Positions 28,901 through 44,689 of a DNA stretch of 64,000 bases are shown here, piece by piece (the first letter of the stretch is position 1; each line of letters begins with the position of its first letter). Below the pieces are notes generated by a model. It ran no database searches. It was not told where the DNA came from and saw only the letters and a list, made by a program, of their open reading frames with translations. The position numbers were made by a program, and so were the translations under genes. Source of the DNA: Eledone cirrhosa (lineage: Eukaryota); the NCBI GenBank assembly GCA_964016885.1, contig OZ024752.1, forward strand, positions 27,280,001-27,344,000, given 5' to 3'.

Positions 28901-31900
28901 TCGACTATCAACACACAAGCTGAGGAACTAGTACCAACTTCGGCTATCAACACACAATCTCTGGAACTAGTACCAGCTTCGTCTATCAACACACAAACCT
29001 TGGAACTCGTACACACTTCGTGTATCAACACACAAACTGTGGAACTAGTACCAACTTCGGCTATCAACACACAAACTGTGGAACTAGTACCAACTTTGGC
29101 TATCAACACACAAACTGTGGAACTAGTACCTACTTCGGCTATCAACACACGAACTGTGGACCTAGTGCCAACTTCGTCTATCAACACACAAACTGTGGAA
29201 CTAGTACCAAATTCGGCTATCAACACACAAACTGTGGAACTAGTACAAACTTCGGCTGTCAACACACAAATTGTAGAACTAGTACCAACTTCGTGTATCA
29301 ACACAGAAACTGTGGAACTAGTACCAACTTCGTCTATCAACACACAAACTGTGGAACTAGTACCAACTTCGTCTATCAACACACAAACTGTGGAACTAGT
29401 ACCAACTTCTTCTATCAACACAAAAATTGTGGAACTAGTACCAACTTCGTGTATCAACACAGAAACTGTGGAACTAGTACCAACTTCGTCTATCAAAACA
29501 CAAACTGTGGAACTAGTACCAACTTCGTCTATCAACACACAAACTGTGGAACTAGTACCAACTTCGGCTATCAACACACAAACTGTGGAACTAGTACAGA
29601 CTTCGTCTATCAACACACAATCTGTGGAACTAGTACCGACTTCGGCTATCAACACACAAACTGTGGTACTAGTACCAACTTCGACTATCAACACACAAAC
29701 TGTGGAACTAGTACCAACTTCTTCTATCAACACACAAACTGTGGAACTAGTACCAACTTCGACTATCAACACACAAACTGTGGAACTAGTACCAACTTCG
29801 ACTATCAACACACAAACTGTGGAACTAGTACCAACTTCGGCTATCAACACACAAACTGTGGAACTAGTACCAACTTCGTCTATCAACACACAAACTGTGC
29901 AACTAGTACCAACTTCTTCTATCAACACACAAACTGTGCAACTTGTATCAACTTCGGCTCTCAACACACTAACTGTGGAACTAGTACCAACTTCTTCTAT
30001 CAACACACAAACTGTGCAACTAGTACCAACTTCGGCTATCAACACACAAATTGTGGACCTAGTACCAACTTCGTCTATCAACACACAAACTGTGGAACTA
30101 GTATCAACTTCGACTATCAACACACAAATTGTGGAACTAGTACCGACTTCGGCTATCAACACACAAACTGTGGAACTAGTACCAACTTCGACTATCAACA
30201 CACAAACTGTGGAACTAGTACCAACTTCTTCTATCAACACACAAACTGTGCAACTAGTACCAACTTCGTCTATCAACACACAAACTGAGGAACTAGTACC
30301 AACTACAGCTATCAACACACAATCTCTGGAACTAGTACCAGCTTCGTCTATCAACACACATACCGTGGAACTAGTACACACTTCGTGTATCAACACACAA
30401 ACTGTGGAACTAGTACCAACTTCGGCTATCAACACACAAACTGTGGAACTAGTACCAACTTCGGCTATCAACACACAAACTGTGGAACTAGTACCAACTT
30501 CGGCTATCAACACACGAACTGTGGACCTAGTGCCAACTTCGTCTATCAACACACAAACTGTGGAACTAGTACCAACTTCGTCTATCAACACACAAACTGT
30601 GGAACTAGTACCAACTTCGTCTATCAACACACAAACTGTGGAACTAGTACCAACTTCTTCTATCAACACACAAATTGTGGAACTAGTACCAACTTCGTGT
30701 ATCAACACAGAAACTGTGGAACTAGTACCAACTTCGTCTATCAACACACAAACTGTGGAACTAGTACCAACTTCGTCTATCAACACAGAAACTGTGGAAC
30801 TAGTACCAACTTCGTGTATCAACACAGAAACTGTGGAACTAGTACCAACTTCGTCTATCAACACACGAACTGTGGAACTAGTACCGACTTCGTCTATGAA
30901 CACACAAACTGTGGAACTAGTACCAACTTCTTCTATCAACACACAAACTGTGGAACTAGTACCTACTTCGACTATCAACACACAAACTGTGGAACTAGTA
31001 CCAACTTCGACTATCAACACACAAACTGTGGATCTAGTACCAACTTCGGCTATCAACACACAAACTGTGGAACTAGTACCAACTACAGCTATCAACACAC
31101 AATCTCTGGAACAAGTACCAGCTTCGTCCATCAACACACAAACTGTGGAACTAGTACAAACTTCGTGTATCAACACACAAACTGTGGAACTAGTACCAAC
31201 TTCGGCTATCAACACACAAAATGTGGAACTAGTACCAACTTCGGCTATCAACACACAAACTGTGGAACTAGTACAGACTTCGTCTATCAACACACAAACT
31301 GTGGAACTAGTACCGACTTCGGCTATCAACACACAAACTGTGGAACTAGTCCCGACTTCGACTATCAACACACAAACTGTGGAACTAGTACCAACTTCTT
31401 CTATCAACACACACACTGTGGAACTAGTACCAACTTCGACTATCAACACACACACTGTGGAACTAGTACCAACTTCGACTATCAACACACAAACTGAGGA
31501 ACTAGTACCAACTTCGGCTATAAACACACAATCTCTGGAACTAGTACCAGCTTCGTCTATCAACACACAAACCGTGGAACTAGTACACACTTCGTGTATC
31601 AACACACAAACTGTGGAACTAGTACCAACTTCGGCTATCAACACACAAACTGTGGAACTAGTACCAACTTCGGCTATCAACACACAAACTGTGGAACTAG
31701 TACCAACTTCGTCTATCAACACACGAACTGTGGACCTAGTGCCAACTTCGTCTATCAACACACAAACTGTGGAACTAGTACCAAATTCGGCTATCAACAC
31801 ACAAACTGTGGAACTAGTACCAACTTCGGCTGTCAACACACAAATTGTAGAACTAGTACCAACTTCGTGTATCAACACACAAACTGTGGAACTAGTACCA

Positions 31901-33800
31901 ACTTCGTCTATCAACACACAAACTGTGGAACTAGTACCAACTTCTTCTATCAACACACAAACTGTGGAACTAGTACCTACTTCGACTATCAACACACAAA
32001 ATGTGGAACTAGTACCAACTTCGACTATCAACACACAAACTGTGGATCTAGTACCAACTTCGTCTATCAACACACAAACTGTGGAACTAGTACCAACTTC
32101 TTTATCAACACACAAACTGTGTAACTAGTACCAACTTCGGCTATCAACACACAAACTGTGGAACTAGTACCAACTACAGCTATCAACACACAATCTCTGG
32201 AACTAGTACCAGCTTCGTCTATCAACACACAAACTGTGGAACTAGTACCAACTTCGGCTATCAACACACAAAATGTGGAACTAGTACCAACTTCGGCTAT
32301 CAACACACAAACTGTGGAACTAGTACAGACTTCGTCTATCAACACACAAACTGTGGAACTAGTACCGACTTCGACTATCAACACACAAACTGTGGAACTA
32401 GTACCAACTTCTTCTATCAACACACACACTGTGGAACTAGTACCAACTTCGACTATCAACACACAAGCTGAGGAACTAGTACCAACTTCGGCTATCAACA
32501 CACAATCTCTGGAACTAGTACCAGCTTCGTCTATCAACACACAAACCGTGGAACTCGTACACACTTCGTGTATCAACACACAAACTGTGGAACTAGTACA
32601 AACTTCGTCTATCAACACACAAACTGTGGAACTAGTACCAACTTCTTCTATCAACACAAAAATTGTGGAACTAGTACCAACTTCGGCTATCAACACACAA
32701 ATTGTGGAACTAGTACCGACTTCGGCTATCAACACACAAACTGTGGAACTAGTACCAACTTCGACTATCAACACACAAACTGTGGAACTAGTACCAACTT
32801 CTTCTATCAACACACAAACTGTGCAACTAGTACCAACTTCGTCTATCAACACACAAACTGAGGAACTAGTACCAACTACAGCTATCAACACACAATCTCT
32901 GGAACTAGTACCAGCTTCGTCTATCAACACATACCGTGGAACTAGTACACACTTCGTGTATCAACACACAAACTGTGGAACTAGTACCAACTTCGGCTAT
33001 CAACACACAAACTGTGGAACTAGTACCAACTTCGGCTATCAACACACAAACTGTGGAACTAGTACCAACTTCGGCTATCAACACACGAACTGTGGACCTA
33101 GTGCCAACTTCGTCTATCAACACACAAACTGTGGAACTAGTACCAACTTCGTCTATCAACACACAAACTGTGGAACTAGTACCAACTTCGTCTATCAACA
33201 CACAAACTGTGGAACTAGTACCAACTTCTTCTATCAACACACAAATTGTGGAACTAGTACCAACTTCGTGTATCAACACAGAAACTGTGGAACTAGTACC
33301 AACTTCGTCTATCAACACACAAACTGTGGAACTAGTACCAACTTCGTCTATCAACACAGAAACTGTGGAACTAGTACCAACTTCGTGTATCAACACAGAA
33401 ACTGTGGAACTAGTACCAACTTCGTCTATCAACACACGAACTGTGGAACTAGTACCGACTTCGTCTATGAACACACAAACTGTGGAACTAGTACCAACTT
33501 CTTCTATCAACACACAAACTGTGGAACTAGTACCTACTTCGACTATCAACACACAAACTGTGGAACTAGTACCAACTTCGACTATCAACACACAAACTGT
33601 GGATCTAGTACCAACTTCGTCTATCAACACACAAACTGTGGAACTAGTACCAACTTCTTTATCAACACAGAAACTGTGTAACTAGTACCAACTTCGGCTA
33701 TCAACACACAAACTGTGGAACTAGTACCAACTACAGCTATCAACACACAATCTCTGGAACAAGTACCAGCTTCGTCCATCAACACACAAACTGTGGAACT
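22975..33800 (+). repeat. Recent near-identical tandem duplication, offset 5,611 bp (~22,975-28,190 and ~28,586-33,800)
   Basis: ORF pairs at a constant 5,611 offset: 22986/28597, 23077/28688, 23409/29020, 24774/30385, 26456/32067, 27325/32936, 28013/33624. The two 1146-aa translations differ at only two residues. Confidence 0.95.
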
Positions 33801-36799
33801 AGTACAAACTTCGTGTATCAACACACAAACTGTGGAACTAGTACCAACTTCGGCTATCAACACACAAAATGTGGAACTAGTACCAACTTCGGCTATCAAC
33901 ACACAAACTGTGGAACTAGTACAGACTTCGTCTATCAACACACAAACTGTGGAACTAGTACCGACTTCGGCTATCAACACACAAACTGTGGAACTAGTCC
34001 CGACTTCGACTATCAACACACAAACTGTGGAACTAGTACCAACTTCTTCTATCAACACACACACTGTGGAACTAGTACCAACTTCGACTATCAACACACA
34101 CACTGTGGAACTAGTACCAACTTCGACTATCAACACACAAACTGAGGAACTAGTACCAACTTCGGCTATAAACACACAATCTCTGGAACTAGTACCAGCT
34201 TCGTCTATCAACACACAAACCGTGGAACTAGTACACACTTCGTGTATCAACACACAAACTGTGGAACTAGTACCAACTTCGGCTATCAACACACAAACTG
34301 TGGAACTAGTACCAACTTCGGCTATCAACAAACAAACTGTGGAACTAGTACCAACTTCGTCTATCAACACACGAACTGTGGACCTAGTGCCAACTTCGTC
34401 TATCAACACACAAACTGTGGAACTAGTACCAAATTCGGCTATCAACACACAAACTGTGGAACTAGTACCAACTTCGGCTGTCAACACACAAATTGTAGAA
34501 CTAGTACCAACTTCGTGTATCAACACACAAACTGTGGAACTAGTACCAACTTCGTCTATCAACACACAAACTGTGGAACTAGTACCAACTTCTTCTATCA
34601 ACACACAAACTGTGGAACTAGTACCTACTTCGACTATCAACACACAAACTGTGGAACTAGTACCAACTTCGACTATCAACACACAAACTGTGGATCTAGT
34701 ACCAACTTCGTCTATCAACACACAAACTGTGGAACTAGTACCAACTTCTTTATCAACACACAAACTGTGTAACTAGTACCAACTTCGGCTATCAACACAC
34801 AAACTGTGGAACTAGTACCAACTACAGCTATCAACACACAATCTCTGGAACTAGTACCAGCTTCGTCCATCAACACACAAACTGTGGAACTAGTACAAAC
34901 TTCGTGTATCAACACACAAACTGTGGAACTAGTACCAACTTCGGCTATCAACACACAAAATGTAGAACTAGTACCAACTTCGGCTATCAACACACAAACT
35001 GTGGAACTAGTACAGACTTCGTCTATCAACACACAAACTGTGGAACTAGTCCGACTTCGGCTATCAACACACAAACTGTGGAACTAGTCCCGACTTCGAC
35101 TATCAACACACAAACTGTGGAACTAGTACCAACTTCTTCTATCAACACACACACTGTGGAACTAGTACCAACTTCGACTATCAACACACAAACTGAGGAA
35201 CTAGTACCAACTTCGGCTATCAACACACAATCTCTGGAACTAGTACCAGCTTCGTCTATCAACACACAAACCGTGGAACTCGTACACACTTCGTGTATCA
35301 ACACACAAACTGTGGAACTAGTACCAACTTCGGCTATCAACACACAAACTATGGAACTAGTACCAACTTCGGCTATCAACACACAAACTGTGGAACTAGT
35401 ACCAACTTCGGCTATCAACACACGAACTGTGGACCTAGTGCCAACTTCGTCTATCAACACACAAACTGTGGAACTAGTACCAAATTCGACTATCAACACA
35501 CAAACTGTGGAACTAGTACAAACTTCGGCTGTCAACACACAAATTGTAGAACTAGTACCAACTTCGTGTATCAACACAGAAACTGTGGAACTAGTACCAA
35601 CTTCGTCTATCAACACACAAACTGTGGAACTAGTACCAACTTCGTCTATCAACACACAAACTGTGGAACTAGTACCAACTTCTTCTATCAACACACAAAT
35701 TGTGGAACTAGTACCAACTTCGTGTATTAACACAGAAACTGTGGAACTAGTACCAACTTCGTCTATCAACACACAAACTGTGGAACTAGTACAGACTTCG
35801 TCTATCAACACACAAACTGTGGAACTAGTACCAACTTCGGCTATCAACACACAAACTGTGGAACTAGTACAGACTTCGTCTATCAACACACAAACTGTGA
35901 AACTAGTACCGACTTCGGCTATCAACACACAAACTGTGGAACCAGTACCAACTTCGACTATCAACACACAAACTGTGGAACTAGTACCAACTTCTATCAA
36001 TACACAAACTGTGGAACTAGTACCAACTTCGACTATCAACACACAAACTGTGGAACTAGTACCAACTTCGACTATCAACACACAAACTGTGGAACTAGTA
36101 CCAACTTCGTCTATCAACACACAAACTGTGGAACTAGTACCAACTTCGTCTATCAACACACAAACTGTGCAACTAGTACCAACTTCTTCTATCAACACAC
36201 AAACTGTGCAACTTGTATCAACTTCGGCTCTCAACACACTAACTGTGGAACTAGTACCAACTTCTTCTATCAACACACAAACTGTGGAACTAGTACCAAC
36301 TTCGACTATCAACACACAAACTGTGGAACTAGTACCAACTTCGGCTATCAACACACAAACTGTGGAACTAGTACCAACTTCGTCTATCAACACACAAACT
36401 GTGCAACTAGTACCAACTTCTTCTATCAACACACAAACTGTGCAACTTGTATCAACTTCGGCTCTCAACACACTAACTGTGGAACTAGTACCAACTTCTT
36501 CTATCAACACACAAACTGTGCAACTAGTACCAAATTCGGCTATCAACACACAAATTGTGGACCTAGTACCAACTTCGTCTATCAACACACAAACTGTGGA
36601 ACTAGTACCAACTTCGACTATCAACACACAAACTGTGGAACTAGTACCGACTTCGGCTATCAACACACAAACTGTGGAACTAGTACCAACTTCGACTATC
36701 AACACACAAACTGTGGAACTAGTACAAACTTCTTCTATCAACACACAAACTGTGCAACTAGTACCAACTTCGGCTATCAACACACAAACTGAGGAACTA

Positions 36800-39700
36800 G
36801 TACCAACTACAGCTATCAACACACAATCTCTGGAACTAGTACCAGCTTCGTCTATCAACACACATACCGTGGAACTAGTACACACTTCGTGTATCAACAC
36901 ACAAACTGTGGAACTAGTACCAACTTCTTCTATCAACACACAAACTGTGCAACTAGTACCAACTTCGGCTATCAACACACAAACTGAGGAACTAGTACCA
37001 ACTACAGCTATCAACACACAATCTCTGGAACTAGTACCAACTTCTTCTATCAACACACAAATTGTGGAACTAGTACCAACTTCGTGTATCAACACAGAAA
37101 CTGTGGAACTAGTACCAACTTCGTCTATCAACACACAAACTGTGGAACTAGTACCAACTTCGTCTATCAACACACAAACTGTGGAACTAGTACCAACTTC
37201 TTCTATCAACACACAAACTGTGGAACTAGTACCTACTTCGACTATCAACACACAAACTGTGGAACTAGTACCAACTTCGACTATCAACACACAAACTGTG
37301 GATCTAGTACCAACTTCGTCTATCAACACACAAACTGTGGAACTAGTACCAACTTCTTTATCAACACACAAACTGTGTAACTAGTACCAACTTCGGCTAT
37401 CAACACACAAACTGTGGAACTAGTACCAACTACAGCTATCAACACACAATCTCTGGAACTAGTACCAGCTTCGTCTATCAACACACAAACTGTGGAACTA
37501 GTACCAACTTCGGCTATCAACACACAAAATGTGGAACTAGTACCAACTTCGGCTATCAACACACAAACTGTGGAACTAGTACAGACTTCGTCTATCAACA
37601 CACAAACTGTGGAACTAGTACCGACTTCGGCTATCAACACACAAACTGTGGAACTAGTACCGACTTCGACTATCAACACACAAACTGTGGAACTAGTACC
37701 AACTTCTTCTATCAACACACACACTGTGGAACTAGTACCAACTTCGACTATCAACACACAAGCTGAGGAACTAGTACCAACTTCGGCTGTCAACACACAA
37801 ATTGTAGAACTAGTACACACTTCGTGTATCAACACAGAAACTGTGGAACTCGTACACACTTCGTGTATCAACACACAAACTGTGGAACTAGTACCGACTT
37901 CGACTATCAACACACAAACTGTGGAACTAGTACCAGCTTCGTCTATCAACACACAAACCGTGGAACTCGTACACACTTCGTGTATCAACACACAAACTGT
38001 GGAACTAGTACCAACTTCGGCTATCAACACACAAACTGTGGAACTAGTACCAACTTCGGCTATCAACACACAAACTGTGGAACTAGTACCTACTTCGGCT
38101 ATCAACACACGAACTGTGGACCTAGTGCCAACTTCGTCTATCAACACACAAACTGTGGAACTAGTACCAAATTCGGCTATCAACACACAAACTGTGGAAC
38201 TAGTACAAACTTCGGCTGTCAACACACAAATTGTAGAACTAGTACACACTTCGTGTATCAACACAGAAACTGTGGAACTAGTACCAACTTCGTCTATCAA
38301 CACACAAACTGTGGAACTAGTACCAACTTCGTCTATCAACACACAAACTGTGGAACTAGTACCAACTTCTTCTATCAACACACAAATTGTGGAACTAGTA
38401 CCAACTTCGTGTATCAACACAGAAACTGTGGAACTAGTACCAACTTCGTCTATCAACACACAAACTGTGGAACTAGTACCAACTTCGTCTATCAACACAC
38501 AAACTGTGGAACTAGTACCAACTTCTTCTATCAACACACAAACTGTGGAACTAGTACCAACTACAGCTATCAACACACAATCTCTGGAACTAGTACCAGC
38601 TTCGTCTATCAACACACATACCGTGGAACTAGTACACACTTCGTGTATCAACACACAAACTGTGGAACTAGTACCAACTTCTTCTATCAACACACAAACT
38701 GTGCAACTAGTACCAACTTCGGCTATCAACACACAAACTGAGGAACTAGTACCAACTACAGCTATCAACACACAATCTCTGGAACTAGTACCAACTTCTT
38801 CTATCAACACACAAATTGTGGAACTAGTACCAACTTCGTGTATCAACACAGAAACTGTGGAACTAGTACCAACTTCGTCTATCAACACACAAACTGTGGA
38901 ACTAGTACCAACTTCGTCTATCAACACACAAACTGTGGAACTAGTACCAACTTCTTCTATCAACACACAAACTGTGGAACTAGTACCTACTTCGACTATC
39001 AACACACAAACTGTGGAACTAGTACCAACTTCGACTATCAACACACAAACTGTGGATCTAGTACCAACTTCGTCTATCAACACACAAACTGTGGAACTAG
39101 TACCAACTTCTTTATCAACACACAAACTGTGTAACTAGTACCAACTTCGGCTATCAACACACAAACTGTGGAACTAGTACCAACTACAGCTATCAACACA
39201 CAATCTCTGGAACTAGTACCAGCTTCGTCTATCAACACACAAACTGTGGAACTAGTACCAACTTCGGCTATCAACACACAAAATGTGGAACTAGTACCAA
39301 CTTCGGCTATCAACACACAAACTGTGGAACTAGTACAGACTTCGTCTATCAACACACAAACTGTGGAACTAGTACCGACTTCGGCTATCAACACACAAAC
39401 TGTGGAACTAGTACCGACTTCGACTATCAACACACAAACTGTGGAACTAGTACCAACTTCTTCTATCAACACACACACTGTGGAACTAGTACCAACTTCG
39501 ACTATCAACACACAAGCTGAGGAACTAGTACCAACTTCGGCTGTCAACACACAAATTGTAGAACTAGTACACACTTCGTGTATCAACACAGAAACTGTGG
39601 AACTCGTACACACTTCGTGTATCAACACACAAACTGTGGAACTAGTACCGACTTCGACTATCAACACACAAACTGTGGAACTAGTACCAGCTTCGTCTAT

Positions 39701-42180
39701 CAACACACAAACCGTGGAACTCGTACACACTTCGTGTATCAACACACAAACTGTGGAACTAGTACCAACTTCGGCTATCAACACACAAACTGTGGAACTA
39801 GTACCAACTTCGGCTATCAACACACAAACTGTGGAACTAGTACCTACTTCGGCTATCAACACACGAACTGTGGACCTAGTGCCAACTTCGTCTATCAACA
39901 CACAAACTGTGGAACTAGTACCAAATTCGGCTATCAACACACAAACTGTGGAACTAGTACAAACTTCGGCTGTCAACACACAAATTGTAGAACTAGTACA
40001 CACTTCGTGTATCAACACAGAAACTGTGGAACTAGTACAAACTTCTTCTATCAACACACAAACTGTGGAACTAGTACCAACTTCGTCTATCAACACACAA
40101 ACTGTGGAACTAGTACCAACTTCGTCTATCAACACACAAACTGTGGAACTAGTACCAACTTCGTCTATCAACACACAAACTGTGGAACTAGTACCAACTT
40201 CGTCTATCAACACACAAACTGTGGAACTAGTACCAACTTCGTCTATCAACACACAAACTGTGGAACTAGTACCAACTTCGTGTATCAACACACAAACTGT
40301 GGAACTAGTACCAACTTCGTCTATCAACACACAAACTGTGGAACTAGTACCAACTTCGTCTATCAACACACAAACTGTGGAACTAGTACCAACTTCTTCT
40401 ATCAACACACAAATTGTGGAACTAGTACCAACTTCGTGTATCAACACAGAAACTGTGGAACTAGTACCAACTTCGTCTATCAACACACAAACTGTGGAAC
40501 TAGTACCAACTTCGTCTATCAACACACAAACTGTGGAACTAGTACCAACTTCTTCTATCAACACACAAACTGTGGAACTAGTACCAACTACAGCTATCAA
40601 CACACAATCTCTGGAACTAGTACCAGCTTCGTCTATCAACACACATACCGTGGAACTAGTACACACTTCGTGTATCAACACACAAACTGTGGAACTAGTA
40701 CCAACTTCTTCTATCAACACACAAACTGTGCAACTAGTACCAACTTCGGCTATCAACACACAAACTGAGGAACTAGTACCAACTACAGCTATCAACACAC
40801 AATCTCTGGAACTAGTACCAACTTCTTCTATCAACACACAAATTGTGGAACTAGTACCAACTTCGTGTATCAACACAGAAACTGTGGAACTAGTACCAAC
40901 TTCGTCTATCAACACACAAACTGTGGAACTAGTACCAACTTCGTCTATCAACACACAAACTGTGGAACTAGTACCAACTTCTTCTATCAACACACAAACT
41001 GTGGAACTAGTACCTACTTCGACTATCAACACACAAACTGTGGAACTAGTACCAACTTCGACTATCAACACACAAACTGTGGATCTAGTACCAACTTCGT
41101 CTATCAACACACAAACTGTGGAACTAGTACCAACTTCTTTATCAACACACAAACTGTGTAACTAGTACCAACTTCGGCTATCAACACACAAACTGTGGAA
41201 CTAGTACCAACTACAGCTATCAACACACAATCTCTGGAACTAGTACCAGCTTCGTCTATCAACACACAAACTGTGGAACTAGTACCAACTTCGGCTATCA
41301 ACACACAAAATGTGGAACTAGTACCAACTTCGGCTATCAACACACAAACTGTGGAACTAGTACAGACTTCGTCTATCAACACACAAACTGTGGAACTAGT
41401 ACCGACTTCGACTATCAACACACAAACTGTGGAACTAGTACCAACTTCTTCTATCAACACACACACTGTGGAACTAGTACCAACTTCGACTATCAACACA
41501 CAAGCTGAGGAACTAGTACCAACTTCGGCTGTCAACACACAAATTGTAGAACTAGTACACACTTCGTGTATCAACACAGAAACTGTGGAACTCGTACACA
41601 CTTCGTGTATCAACACACAAACTGTGGAACTAGTACCGACTTCGACTATCAACACACAAACTGTGGAACTAGTACCAGCTTCGTCTATCAACACACAAAC
41701 CGTGGAACTCGTACACACTTCGTGTATCAACACACAAACTGTGGAACTAGTACCAACTTCGGCTATCAACACACAAACTGTGGAACTAGTACCAACTTCG
41801 GCTATCAACACACAAACTGTGGAACTAGTACCTACTTCGGCTATCAACACACGAACTGTGGACCTAGTGCCAACTTCGTCTATCAACACACAAACTGTGG
41901 AACTAGTACCAAATTCGGCTATCAACACACAAACTGTGGAACTAGTACAAACTTCGGCTGTCAACACACAAATTGTAGAACTAGTACACACTTCGTGTAT
42001 CAACACAGGAACTGTGGAACTAGTACCAACTTCGTCTATCAACACACAAACTGTGGAACTAGTACCAACTTCGTCTATCAACACACAAACTGTGGAACTA
42101 GTACCAACTTCTTCTATCAACACACAAATTGTGGAACTAGTACCAACTTCGTGTATCAACACAGAAACTGTGGAACTAGT
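36800..42180 (+). repeat. Tandem triplication of a 45-52 monomer block (periods 1,754 and 2,027 bp)
   Basis: ORF starts 37414, 39168 and 41195 share a variant order (AEE-SAV / IVELVHTSC / ETVELVHTSC). 1754 = 45x39-1 and 2027 = 52x39-1. The tails ending at 37384, 39138 and 41165 match. Confidence 0.9.
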
Positions 42181-44689
42181 ACCAACTTCGTCTATCAAAA
42201 CACAAACTGTGGAACTAGTACCAACTTCGTCTATCAACACACAAACTGTGGAACTAGTACCAACTTCGGCTATCAACACACAAACTGTGGAACTAGTACA
42301 GACTTCGTCTATCAACACACAAACTGTGGAACTAGTACCGACTTCGGCTATCAACACACAAACTGTGGTACTAGTACCAACTTCGACTATCAACACACAA
42401 ACTGTGGAACTAGTACCAACTTCTTCTATCAACACACAAACTGTGGAACTAGTACCAACTTCGACTATCAACACACAAACTGTGGAACTAGTACCAACTT
42501 CGACTATCAACACACAAACTGTGGAACTAGTACCAACTTCGGCTATCAACACACAAACTGTGGAACTAGTACCAACTTCGTCTATCAACACACAAACTGT
42601 GCAACTAGTACCAACTTCTTCTATCAACACACAAACTGTGCAACTAGTACCAACTTCGGCTATCAACACACAAATTGTGGACCTAGTACCAACTTCGTCT
42701 ATCAACACACAAACTGTGGAACTAGTACCAACTTCGACTATCAACACACAAATTGTGGAACTAGTACCGACTTCGGCTATCAACACACAAACTGTGGAAC
42801 TAGTACCAACTTCGACTATCAACACACAAACTGTGGAACTAGTACCAGCTTCTTCTATCAACACACAAACTGTGCAACTAGTACCAACTTCGGCTATCAA
42901 CACACAAACTGAGGAACTAGTACCAACTACAGCTATCAACACACAATCTCTGGAACTAGTACCAGCTTCGTCTATCAACACACATACCGTGGAACTAGTA
43001 CACACTTCGTGTATCAACACACAAACTGTGGAACTAGTACCAACTTCGGCTATCAACACACAAACTGTGGAACTAGTACCAACTTCGGCTATCAACACAC
43101 AAACTGTGGAACTAGTACCAACTTCGGCTATCAACACACGAACTGTGGACCTAGTGCCAACTTCGTCTATCAACACACAAACTGTGGAACTAGTACCAAC
43201 TTCGTCTATCAACACACAAACTGTTGAACTAGTACCAACTTCGTCTATCAACACACAAACTGTGGAACTAGTACCAACTTCTTCTATCAACACACAAATT
43301 GTGGAACTAGTACCAACTTCGTGTATCAACACAGAAACTGTGGAACTAGTACCAACTTCGTCTATCAACACACAAACTGTGGAACTAGTACCAACTTCTT
43401 CTATCAACACACAAACTGTGGAACTAGTACCTACTTCGACTATCAACACACAAACTGTGGAACTAGTACCAACTTCGACTATCAACACACAAACTGTGGA
43501 TCTAGTACCAACTTCGTCTATCAACACACAAACTGTGGAACTAGTACCAACTTCTTTATCAACACACAAACTGTGTAACTAGTACCAACTTCGGCTATCA
43601 ACACACAAACTGTGGAACTAGTACCAACTACAGCTATCAACACACAATCTCTGGAACTAGTACCAGCTTCGTCCATCAACACACAAACTGTGGAACTAGT
43701 ACAAACTTCGTGTATCAACACACAAACTGTGGAACTAGTACCAACTTCGGCTATCAACACACAAACTGTGGAACTAGTACAGACTTCGTCTATCAACACA
43801 CAAACTGTGGAACTAGTACCGACTTCGGCTATCAACACACAAACTGTGGAACTAGTCCCGACTTCGACTATCAACGCACAAACTGTGGAACTAGTACCAA
43901 CTTCTTCTATCAACACACACACTGTGGAACTAGTACCAACTTCGACTATCAACACACAAACTGAGGAACTAGTACCAACTTCGGCTATCAACACACAATC
44001 TCTGGAACTAGTACCAGCTTCGTCTATCAACACACAAACCGTGGAACTCGTACACACTTCGTGTATCAACACACATACTGTGGAACTAGTACCAACTTCG
44101 GCTATCAACACACAAACTATGGAACTAGTACCAACTTCGGCTATCAACACACAAACTGTGGAACTAGTACCAACTTCGGCTATCAACACACGAACTGTGG
44201 ACCTAGTGCCAACTTCGTCTATCAACACACAAACTGTGGTACTAGTACCAAATTCGGCTATCAACACACAAACTGTGGAACTAGTACAAACTTCGGCTGT
44301 CAACACACAAATTGTAGAACTAGTACCAACTTCGTGTATCAACACAGAAACTGTGGAACTAGTACCAACTTCGTCTATCAACACACAAACTGTGGAACTA
44401 GTACCAACTTCTTCTATCAACACACAAATTGTGGAACTAGTACCAACTTCGTGTATTAACACAGAAACTGTGGAACTAGTACCAACTTCGTCTATCAACA
44501 CACAAACTGTGGAACTAGTAGCAAATTCGTCTATCAACACACAAACTGTGGAACTAGTACCAACTTCGGCTATCAACACACAAACTGTGGAACTAGTACA
44601 GACTTCGTCTATCAACACACAAACTGTGGAACTAGTACCGACTTCGGCTATCAACACACAAACTGTGGAACTAGTACCAACTTCGACTA

